Assembly (NCBI GenBank): GCA_044892525.1 | Contig: CM097885.1 | Location: forward strand, 4,466,001-4,530,000 | Length of the DNA stretch: 64,000 nt | Reading direction: 5' to 3' | Source: Schmidtea polychroa | Lineage: Eukaryota | Part shown: positions 50,066-61,237 of the stretch, one piece after another | Layout of the letters: each line of letters opens with the position of its first letter | How positions within the stretch are numbered: position 1 is the stretch's first letter | Translations under genes and position numbers: made by a program | Notes under the pieces: model-generated | Database searches by the model: none | The model's input: the letters and a program-made list of their open reading frames with translations, nothing else | What the model was told of the DNA's origin: nothing

Positions 50066-53000
50066 ATGAAAACAGGGTATCCAATAAAAAATTTTTTTCT
50101 AAAAATGAATTGTAATATTTGTAATAGTTTTTAAAAATAAAACTGGATTAATTTCTCACTGTAAATCGAAAGCTCACTTATTAATAGCAAATAATCTTAA
50201 TGACACAAATTCAAAAGTTTGTCCTAAATGTAAAGGAAGATTTCTACATTCTGGATATAATAAACATTTTGAAAATTGTATCGGGAAAATTAGAGAAATA
50301 TTTACATGTTCTCACTGTAACTTTTCAACAAAAGTAAATTTCTATTATTTAGAACATATAAAAGAATGTAAATATAAAAAACAAAATGCTGACGATGAAG
50401 AATGTCATTCAGAAGGAGAACCTGATTGTGTTGAAAGAGAAAAATATAACTGGGATGATTTTAATCATGTAGATGAATTTCAATTAGAAATCAATGGACC
50501 TGCAACTCCTGGAGAATATATAAATAAAAATAAAAAAAATATTAAAAATTCTTTCACTGAAGCTTTAAAAAATTATAAACCAACAAGATATAATGTTATA
50601 AAATATAAAATTATAATCAAAGCAAAATATTGGAGAGGAGCAGAAGAAAACACAACTCCTTTAGATGTTGAAATTGGAATACCCTTTAAATATTTATTTT
50701 CAACTAAAGGATTTGATAAAAACATCAAAGAAATAATTAAAGCAGTAGAAGCAAAACAAGAAGAGGTTGAAAATGAATTAGGAGATTCAAACTTAGTATT
50801 CAACTCTTTCCAAACTTTAGTGATTGATTATTGGAGAGGATTACCACCTAATCCTAAATCTTATATTCCTACACCCTTTACATCTAAAAATGTTATAAAT
50901 GTACAGAATAAAGATAACAAATGTTTCCAATGGTCAATACTTGCACATTTACATCCTCAAGCAAGGAATCCTCAAAGAGTTTCAAAATACAAACAATATG
51001 AAAATGAATTAATATTTCCCAAAGGATTCAAACATCCAATGAAACTAGAAGACATTCCAAAATTTGAAAGTTTAAATAATCTTAAAATTAATATTTATGA
51101 ACATGTTAAAAGTAGAGAAATTATACAAATTTACATTTCTGATAGTGGAACCAAGGATAACGAACCCCAGGATAACCCTAGAGAAATATATCTTTTAATC
51201 TTGGAACAACAAAATAATCAACACTATGTTTTAATAAAAAACTTTCAAGCTTTTACATCACCAGAGAATCCAACTAGTGAAGGAGGAACATGTAAAAGAT
51301 GTCTTCATTATTCAACAACTAAAAACTCTATGATTAAACATACAAGATTTTGTGAAAAAGATGATCCAGCTTTAATTAAAATGCCTAATAATCCCAAGAT
51401 GTATTTTAAAAACTTTTCAAATTTACTACAAACAGTTGGAGTTCTTTATGGTGACTTTGAATCTATAAACCATAAACAAGATTTGGTTAAACAATATTTA
51501 AAAATAATAGAAAAAAATAAACTCATGGATTCATGGAACTCCTCAGGAGAGAAGATGAAACCAGAGAGGATGAAAGCCTTTCTAAGAAAAAGAAATAAAC
51601 CTAATAGTGTTAAAAAAACTAAACAATTACCATCTGCTTATAAATTATTATTTAAAAGTAATTATCCTGAACTCATAGAATCTAGAGAATATACATTTCA
51701 AGGAATTTCAGAAACAGAAGTCTTGAATCACTTTACTAAAAGTATAAATGATTTAGAACATGAAATATATAAAATATTAAAAACAAACTATCCTCAAAAT
51801 ATTTCTAATCAACAACAACAAGAATATGAAAATACTTCCAACTGTTGGATGTGTAAACAAGACATTCTTCCTGATGATAAAGTTAGAGATCATGATCATT
51901 TTAAAAGTGAAAATAATTATCGAGGAGCAGCTCATAAACATTGTAATCTTAATTGTCATACTCCTAAATTTGTACCTGTTATATTTCATAATCTTTTTGG
52001 TTATGACATACATCTATTTATTAAACATTTAGCAGCAAATGCTAAAAACTCTTTCAAAGTTATAGGACTTACAAAGGAAAAATATAAATCAGTTGAATAT
52101 GGAAAATTAAAATTTATAGACTCGTTAAACTTTCTCCAAATGTCTCTAGATGCAGTAGCAAAAACAATGAAACCAGAAGATTTTAAAATCACTCGAGAAT
52201 TCTTGGAAAAAAATAATATTCCTCTAGAAGAATAACCTACATGTTTAGCAAAAGGAATATATCCTTATGACTATGTTGACTCGTTTGAAAGATATAATGA
52301 AACAAGTCTTCCTAGCCAAGAAGATTTCTATTCACAACTTCAAAAAAATCATATTACAAATCAAGAATATTCTCGAGCAAATAAAATGTGGGAATTATTC
52401 AAGTGTAAAACTTTAGGAGAATATACCAACATGTATTTATCCTTGGATGTTTATATTCTAGCAGATTGCTTTGAAGAATTTACAAAGTCTTTTGTTCTTA
52501 AACCTTACAATTATATAACAGCACCCTCTTTAGCTTGGGATACTTTATTATATACCATTTGGACTTCAAATATAGAAGAAGGTGATAAAATTATAGAGCT
52601 TTTAACCGACCTCAATATGTTTAACCAAATTAAAACAAACATTAGAGGAGGAGTCTCTCCAGTAATGGGGAATAGAGAAATAAAAGCTAGAAATGCAATA
52701 ACTACTAGCCGAAGACTCTCTAAACACCCTAATGATCCATTTATAAAAATTAACAATAAGGAATTAAAAGAATTGTTGGAAACAATGAAAAATCCTATAT
52801 TTATATTTTATATAGATGCAACAGCTCTATATTCTGGTATAATGACTCAATATTTACCAATGGGTGATTTCACTGAAATATATCCTCCAGAGGGACTTCC
52901 AGAGGGACTTCCAGAGGATTCACTAAAGACTCTTGTAAAAGAAATACTTTCAACACCTAAAGATTCTCCAATAGGTTACTTTATAGAATGTGACTTATTA

Positions 53001-54428
53001 TATCCAGATGATATAAAATCAGGAACAAGATATTTTCCTTTAGCTCCTATAAGAAGAAGGGTTGATATCAACGAACTTTCTGAATGGCAAATCTTACAAA
53101 ATAAACCCCCAACAATGAAACTTCTTTGTGATCAAACAGATCGAAGGTTTTATCTTTGTCACTATAGACTCCTCCAATTTTACCTCTCACGAGGAATGAT
53201 ACTAAAAAAGATTCATAATGTCATAAGATTTAAACAGACTCCATTCATGAAAGCTTTTATCGAGGAGAACATTAGGTGTCGAAACATTGCAAAAAGAGAA
53301 GGTAACCTTTTTAAAGATATGAATTGTAAACTTTTAAACAATTCAGTCTTTGGGAAAACAATGTAGAATGTTGATAAATATACTCATATTGAACTCCTAA
53401 CAAATACTACCAAAGATATTAAGCGTTATAATCGTATGTTAGGAAAGCCTTAATTTAAAAACGCACAAGTATTTTCTGAAAATCTTACTGCAGTAGAACT
53501 AAAGAATTTTGAGAAAACATACAATAAACCAATATTTATAGGGTTTACAATTTTAGAACTCTCAAAATTACAAATGTATGAAACATATTATAACATCTTA
53601 CAACCTATATACGGAGCAAATATATCAATGCATGCAATGGATACAGATTCAATGTTTTTAACAATAAGAACTCATGATTTACAAAAAGATATGAAAGAAA
53701 ATCCTATACTTTCAAATTTAATAAATTCATCTGGAGAACTATTTTCATTTATAGATGAAAAACCTTTTACTCCTATAGAAAATGGAATATTTATTCGTGC
53801 TAAACAATATTCATACGAAACATTTACAAATCCTAAATTTGAAACTCGAAAAATTATAGTTAAAAACTTGGATGGATTAGAGGAATCTTTTACATATAAA
53901 TATCCTATATTCCCTGAAGAAGAAAAACCTGTAAAGGATAACAGATGTAAAGGAATACAGAAATCAGTTGCAAAGAATCTTTCTCATCAAGATTATATAG
54001 ATACATTAAACCCAGGTCATAAAGATAAAATTGATGAAGTGCATCAGATTAAAAGTGAAAAGCATGATATTCACTTGATAGAATCTCAAAAAGTATCATT
54101 ATCAAATTATGATGATAAGAGATTCATCCTAAGTGATTTAAAGACAACTCTTCCTATAGGAAATAATTTAATCCCTATAATAAAAAATCTAGAAAAGTTG
54201 AATAAGTTATATGATACAAAAATTACTGATCTTGATATTTATAATGTTGAAATCATTTATCCCGAGAGAGAAATCGAGAAGCCTTTATATTCTCAAGTTT
54301 TTAATCCTATATGTTTAGAACTTAAATATTTTAATACTGATCCTGAATATATAAAAGGTCTAAGTGATAAAGAATTTAAAGATCATAAATTAATGATTCA
54401 ACAAGTACAGTCAATCTCAGTCAGTTAA
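50066..54428 (+). pseudogene. polB: pPolB of copy 2 (frameshift ~50126; stops at 52233 TAA, 53364 TAG, 53451 TAA)
   Basis: Colinear with 23895-28214 and carries the same Exo and Pol motifs. Confidence 0.95.
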
Positions 54429-54819
54429 AGTTATTTTTTCCTTAAAAAAAATGTCAACAATGAAAATAGAAAATTAATTTTTATTAGTATAATAATCATC
54501 ATTGGAATTTATTTATCTTTTAAATTTTTAAAAGATGGTATCATAATACTTCTTACTCCCTTTTTTAAAATGGTTTTCATAATCAGATTCTTTAGATTCT
54601 TCAGATTCTTGTTCTAATCCAGAGACTAGGTTCCCAGGGGTTGGATTCCCAGGGGTTGGATTCCCAGGGGTTGGATTCTCAGAGGCTAAAAATTGAAGTC
54701 TCTTTCTTTTTATCCTTTAGGTCTTTATCCCTTAGGTCTTTATCCTTTAGGTCTTTATCCCTTAGGTCTTTATCCTTTAGGTCTTTTAAAAAATCAATCA
54801 TTTTATAAATAAGAATTTT

Positions 54820-55398
54820 TCAATAAGAATTCTTTAACCATTTCTCCCGTTTAATTTTTTTAGAATATTCATTAGTTATAACATTAGCACTTTTTAATTT
54901 ATTAATATTATTTTTAATATCTTGTATTATTTGATTTGATTTCATTATTTCATCATCAGTTAAGATTCCATCTTCTAAAGCTTTTAATTGAAATAAAAAT
55001 AATTTAGAGATTCCTAATTCTATTGATAAACAAACTTCACGATATAAACTTTTCTTTTTAGAAGTATAAGATAATGAAACTATTTCAGTTAGGAAACCAT
55101 CAGCTACTGAAATACTTCCAAGTATTACTGGTGCAATTGTTAAAACTGGTAAAGTTATAGGTAAAATAACTGTTAATATTGCAGATGCAAATCCTAAAGA
55201 ATAACCTATAACTTTTAAAACTGTATTCCCTTTATTCCATCTATTTTTAATTTTTTCATAATGCTTTAATAAATCTTGTAAATGTAAGGTTTCTGATTTA
55301 AATTCTTTTACTCTCATAATTTCAAGTTCTGTGGGAGCCGAAGGTTTGGGGGAAGCTCTCAATTCTGGGTAAATTTTTTCTTCTCTTACTTCTTCCAT
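54820..55398 (-). CDS. Membrane-associated protein (homologue of 28309-28920)
   Basis: Near-identical protein; N-terminal IYPEL and PSAP motifs. Confidence 0.8.
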   Translation of the reverse strand: MEEVREEKIYPELRASPKPSAPTELEIMRVKEFKSETLHLQDLLKHYEKIKNRWNKGNTVLKVIGYSLGFASAILTVILPITLPVLTIAPVILGSISVADGFLTEIVSLSYTSKKKSLYREVCLSIELGISKLFLFQLKALEDGILTDDEIMKSNQIIQDIKNNINKLKSANVITNEYSKKIKREKWLKNSY

Positions 55399-55406
55399 TT
55401 TAATAA

Positions 55407-56387
55407 TTAAAAAAATAAGACTTTATTCTTCTCAGCACCATCTGGTACCAATACTCGGATATCAAAAGAAACTCTTGTTGAGAGAATGTCTTTATATAAT
55501 TCCATCAACGCATTACGAACTCCGTCAACATCAACTTTTTTTTCATAAAATATTAAATCTATATATTGTACAAGTGTGCTTTTAAAAATAATATTCTTAC
55601 TTTTAACTTTATGTAATCCATGCGAATGAGTATTAACATGCCAATTTTCGTGTGGTAAATTATAAGCAGTAATTATAACATCACCCTTTTCAAACTTACT
55701 ATTATAATCACATTTTACAAACCATTTCATTCTTTCATTATCATCATCAAATAAAAAGAAATAAGGATCTATAATCTTTACAACCATAAAAACACTCCAT
55801 TCTTTACTATTTGTTGTTATTAAAGTTGGTTCTATAAAATGTTTATATGTATGGGGTAATAATGTTTTATTCTGTTCTAATTCAGCAGCTCTTTTTCTAA
55901 TACTATGTGTGGTGTTAATGTGTGTTGTATGAGACTCTAAATTTGAAATTCTTTTATTAAATGATGTAATCATCTCATTTATTATATTATATATTGTATT
56001 AATTTTATTATCCATAAGTTGTTTATGCATAAGTCTTTTATTTTTTAAAATTGATATTGTATCAGTTAACCTTTGAGTTTCTTCAGCTATCTTTTTAGCT
56101 TCTTCATTTAACTGGGTTTGTAATTTATTTATTTTAGATTCTAGTTTAGATTCTAAAGAATTATTAATATCAAGTTTTAAATCTTTGAGTTTGAGATCTA
56201 CATATTTTTTATTTACTGCATCAAAATCATCAGTTGGATAAGCTAGTTCTTTTATCCTATGTCCATTTAAAATTAAATCTCCTTTCATGGAATCACCTTT
56301 TTCATTAATATATTTTTTTTCTGTTAAGCTTAAAACATCTTCATCTTTTAATCCTTCATTATATAAACCAAATTTATTATAATTCAT
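55407..56387 (-). CDS. Fibre-like protein (homologue of 28929-29939)
   Basis: DAVNKKYVD motif; C-terminal half closely matches copy 1. Confidence 0.65.
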   Translation of the reverse strand: MNYNKFGLYNEGLKDEDVLSLTEKKYINEKGDSMKGDLILNGHRIKELAYPTDDFDAVNKKYVDLKLKDLKLDINNSLESKLESKINKLQTQLNEEAKKIAEETQRLTDTISILKNKRLMHKQLMDNKINTIYNIINEMITSFNKRISNLESHTTHINTTHSIRKRAAELEQNKTLLPHTYKHFIEPTLITTNSKEWSVFMVVKIIDPYFFLFDDDNERMKWFVKCDYNSKFEKGDVIITAYNLPHENWHVNTHSHGLHKVKSKNIIFKSTLVQYIDLIFYEKKVDVDGVRNALMELYKDILSTRVSFDIRVLVPDGAEKNKVLFF

Positions 56388-56446
56388 TTATTTACTAATA
56401 AAATCCTGATAGTTTAGCCTGGCTAGGTTATCAGACCTTGAAAATC

Positions 56447-57184
56447 CTATACCTGTCTTAAAGATAAACACATTGAAATCTTTTCTCCATTAAAACTAAT
56501 CAATTCTCCGTTTTCATCAACAATTTTAAAACTTATACTCATTATGTTTTTTCTACATATTGGTAAATAATTTGGAGGATTCATTCTTTCAACCATTTTA
56601 TATCCAACTCTTACAATGTTTGAAGGAAAAGAATATAAAATATTTGCATGTTTACCATTATTATATGAACCTGTTATACAATCACATTCAATATTTATAG
56701 AATTTGTATTTGTAATCTGTATAATATTTTTAGATTTAAAGGTTCCAGAGGTTGTTCCAGGTGTATACTCTTTAGTTTCAAAACCTAAAATAGTATGAAA
56801 GAAACTAGAAGTATTAAAAGAAAGTCCAACATTTTTTAAAGTTAATATACATTTAGAGGTTTGAACATCTGCTTTTATTTCTACATTTCCATTTGTTTCT
56901 TTTGAAATTACTTTTGCTAAATCTAAGATTTCATATGATCCAGGTTCAATTCGTATAATATTATTATTACTCTCAAGTATAAATTTATTATTATTATTAT
57001 TTATATTAAAAATAATATTAAAACAGCTAAACCACAAGAGTCCTAATTCATAATTTAAATCTTGATCTAAATTTATTGAGTCTTCAAAATTTATAGTAAA
57101 ATCTGATTCATTTGAATTTATTAATAAACTTCTTGAATATTTATTTGACATTATGTTTACCATTTTTTTAAAATCATCTTCCAT
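56447..57184 (-). CDS. Minor capsid protein (penton)
   Basis: INIECDCITGSYNNG..ILYSFP..GYKMVERMNPPNYLP. Confidence 0.85.
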   Translation of the reverse strand: MEDDFKKMVNIMSNKYSRSLLINSNESDFTINFEDSINLDQDLNYELGLLWFSCFNIIFNINNNNNKFILESNNNIIRIEPGSYEILDLAKVISKETNGNVEIKADVQTSKCILTLKNVGLSFNTSSFFHTILGFETKEYTPGTTSGTFKSKNIIQITNTNSINIECDCITGSYNNGKHANILYSFPSNIVRVGYKMVERMNPPNYLPICRKNIMSISFKIVDENGELISFNGEKISMCLSLRQV

Positions 57185-57192
57185 TTATTATA

Positions 57193-57707
57193 TCAAACTT
57201 TCAGACTTTCAGAGATTAAAGGTTCTAAACTATTATAAATTTCTTGGATTATAGATTTAAAATCTTGATCTCTATTTAGTTTATAAAGGACATATAAACT
57301 TAAAATACCACATATTTTAGTATTATTAGGTTGAACTTGTATATTATTAAAAGTATAATCTTTGGAACAACTTTTGGAGGAACCTTTGGAAGTCCCTACG
57401 GAAGTGTCCCTAGACTCAAGATAGTCTTGTACTTCTTTAGTAGGTTTAATACCAAAAGAATCAAAGTATACAGAGTCTAAAACGGACTTGTGGAATGAAT
57501 CTTGAAATATACAAACCCAATGAGATCCTTTTTCATTTGAATTTTGATAGTTTATAATAATATTATTCTTTTAATTTTTCCAATCTTGTATAATTCATCA
57601 TTCATTAATATTTTAATTTTTAAATTTAAATAATCTGCATAATCTTTCAAATCAAAATTTGTTTTTTCATTTATTCCAAAAGTTTTTAAAAAATCTAGTA
57701 TAGACAT
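57193..57707 (-). pseudogene. Adenain-like protease of copy 2, frameshifted near 57570
   Basis: Homologous to 30790-31256; GSHWVC, YFDSFG and QVQ..ICG are present in the shifted frame. Confidence 0.85.
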
Positions 57708-57760
57708 TTCTATATTTAAAACTTTGTATCTTAAAACTTTGTATCTTAAAACTTTGTATC

Positions 57761-58582
57761 TTAAAACTTTGTATATCTGATAAATTTATCTTTTGAAATT
57801 ATTCCTTGATTTAATAATTCTTTTGAAATCTTTAAAATATCAGAATTTAAATTATTATGTCCTGCTTTTTTAGCTCCTAATAGTTTTCTTAATTCAATAA
57901 AAAGATTGATAGGATTATTGAACCCCTTACCTTTGAACTTTGTACAATTGAACTCCGTACCCTCTGTAACAATATAACCCCTTTCATTTTTATTCTTTAA
58001 CTCTTGAATATATTTTGAATTTGAACTAGCTCCTATTAATTTCATTAAACTTAAATATTTTTTAATTTCATCTGGGGAATCATCCTCTAGGGGATATCCA
58101 CAAATTAATCTTAAAAAAACATCTGAAAATTCAAGGTTTAAATGTTTATTATTATAAACATTTTGTGAACGAATGTGTGAATTATTTTCTGGATCTAAAT
58201 ATAAAGTAAAGTTTTGTTTATTAATTGTTATTATTTGATATCCATGATCATTAATAATAAATGAGGGTTTAATTGAAGGACTCAAACCTTGATTAATTTT
58301 AGGATCAACGATAAGAGGTTTCATCTCCGAAGGTTTCATCATCTCAAGGGGCTCTAATTCCAAAGGTTGTTCCAAGGGTTTTAATCCTGAAGGTTTTAAT
58401 TCTAAAGGTTTTAATCCCAAAGGTTTTAAAGTCTCTATGGCTTTAATGGTTGGTTGTTGTTGTTGCATCATCACTTCATTTAATATCAGAGATTCATTCT
58501 GTAGGTTTAAATTTTTTTTATTATAGTTGTTTTGTTCAGATTGTAATTTTTTTAAAAGAGCCAACCTTTCTTCATATACCAT
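57761..58582 (-). CDS. PZ-like core protein of copy 2
   Basis: NPINLFIELRKLLGAKKAGHNN motif; carries LKPLG-type 5-aa repeats absent from copy 1. Confidence 0.75.
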   Translation of the reverse strand: MVYEERLALLKKLQSEQNNYNKKNLNLQNESLILNEVMMQQQQPTIKAIETLKPLGLKPLELKPSGLKPLEQPLELEPLEMMKPSEMKPLIVDPKINQGLSPSIKPSFIINDHGYQIITINKQNFTLYLDPENNSHIRSQNVYNNKHLNLEFSDVFLRLICGYPLEDDSPDEIKKYLSLMKLIGASSNSKYIQELKNKNERGYIVTEGTEFNCTKFKGKGFNNPINLFIELRKLLGAKKAGHNNLNSDILKISKELLNQGIISKDKFIRYTKF

Positions 58583-58613
58583 TTTTATAAAATTTTTATA
58601 CCATTTATACCTT

Positions 58614-59135
58614 TCAGGGTTTCAGGTATAATTCTATACCATTTTTAGTTTTACACATGCACCCATTTTTTAGGGATTTACATATTTTTTTTAAATCCTC
58701 TTTATCCTTTGGAGATAAAGAATTAGATGATGAAATTTGATTCTTTAAAAAATCATTTAAACCTCTACCTTTATAAGGATCAAGATAAAGACCTTTTCCA
58801 ACGGACCCTTTCCCCTTCTTCTTCATTGAATCGATTTCAGTTTGTAGTTTTTCTTTTTCTAGGTCTGTCTTTTGAGATTCTTTAGCTTTTTGAACTGTAG
58901 TTGCAATTCCTCCAGCTATTCCAGCAGCACCTGATGAACCAGCAATGATTGCATGTATTAAAGCAGCTAATGGAAGAAAACCACCCTCTTTAGCTTGCTC
59001 CTTCTGTCGCTCTTTAACTTGTTCCTTTACATGTTTTCCAATAAAATATTTTTTACCATCAATTACTACTGATTTACTTTTATTTGAATTTATTAATTCT
59101 TGCAAAGATTCCTCCGAAGGTTCCAATGTTGTCAT
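58614..59135 (-). CDS. pX-like core protein of copy 2
   Basis: EGGFLPLAALIHAIIAG; GKGLYLDPY. Confidence 0.75.
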   Translation of the reverse strand: MTTLEPSEESLQELINSNKSKSVVIDGKKYFIGKHVKEQVKERQKEQAKEGGFLPLAALIHAIIAGSSGAAGIAGGIATTVQKAKESQKTDLEKEKLQTEIDSMKKKGKGSVGKGLYLDPYKGRGLNDFLKNQISSSNSLSPKDKEDLKKICKSLKNGCMCKTKNGIELYLKP

Positions 59136-59150
59136 TTTTTAAATAATAAA

Positions 59151-59456
59151 ATGGATGATTGGAAACCAATTTTAGTTCGACACAAGAGTAAATTTAATAA
59201 TAAGGTATTTCCTGATAATTTTAGATTATTAATTGTTGGATCTTCTGGATGTGGAAAGAATGTACTTCTTTTGAGGATGTTACTTGAAGATGCTTTTCTA
59301 GATTATAATAATTTAATATTTTATTCTACAACCATTAATCAACCGGAATTACAACTTTTGAAATGTGGATTTGAAAATAAATTAACTAAAAAAGGAATGA
59401 TTGATATTTTTAAAAACCAACATAGATGTCCTGAAGAAGTTTTTCAACCTTGTGAT
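59151..59456 (+). pseudogene. 5' fragment of packaging ATPase of copy 2
   Basis: Walker A GSSGCGKN; cut off by a (TAT)n microsatellite. Confidence 0.88.
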
Positions 59457-59479
59457 TATTTATATTATTATTATTATTA

Positions 59480-59524
<45 letters not shown>

Positions 59525-59577
59525 TTAAAAAAAAAAAAAAATATTAAAAATAATATTAATATTAAAAAATAAATCAG

Positions 59578-60090
59578 GAAAACATGTGTGTATTACACAC
59601 AAAACAAGATACATAAATTTTAATCAAGCTATTTTATAGAAAATTAAATTTTATCTATATATTATATGAATAAAATCCTAAGAAAATTACGTTAAATGTA
59701 TGAAAAATACAAATTTATTGTAAAAACATGTGTGTATTACACACAAAACAAGATACATAAATTTTAATCAAGCTATTTTATAGAAAATTAAATTTTATCT
59801 ATATATTATATGAATAAAATTTCAAGAAAATTACGTTAAATGTATGAAAAATACAAATTTATTGTAAAAACATGTGTGTATTACACACAAAACAAGATAC
59901 ATAAATTTTAATCAATCTATTTTATAGAAAATTAAATTTTATCTATATAATATATGAATAAAAATCCTAGAAAATTATGTTAACCACGCGGAAAAATACA
60001 AATTTATTGAAAAAGCATGTGTGTATTACAGACAAAGAAACAAACTGAAATTGTAATTGTGCCATTTTGTAGAAAATTTAATTCTGCCTA
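59578..60090. repeat. 144-bp tandem satellite (three copies plus a diverged fourth)
   Basis: AACATGTGTGTATTACACAC recurs at 59581, 59725, 59869 and ~60014. Confidence 0.92.
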
Positions 60091-60182
60091 TACATTGTTA
60101 CACTTAAATCCAGATTGGACCTGTTAAAAGCGACAAAAAAGAGGAAAAACAGTAAAGTAGATGGTTTGGGCACCGCAAAAAC

Positions 60183-61236
<1,054 letters not shown>

Positions 61237-61237
<1 letters not shown>

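Larger units (their letters stand above)
49707..59456 (+). mobile_element. Polinton family A copy 2, truncated within the ATPase gene
   Basis: AGTAGTGTG terminus at 49707 homologous to 22913; same gene order as copy 1; homology ends at a (TAT)n tract; no right TIR. Confidence 0.95.

Noticed and set aside
59578..60090. CRISPR-like array
   Set aside because: Whole 144-bp units repeat with no unique spacers, and the context is eukaryotic; it is a satellite.
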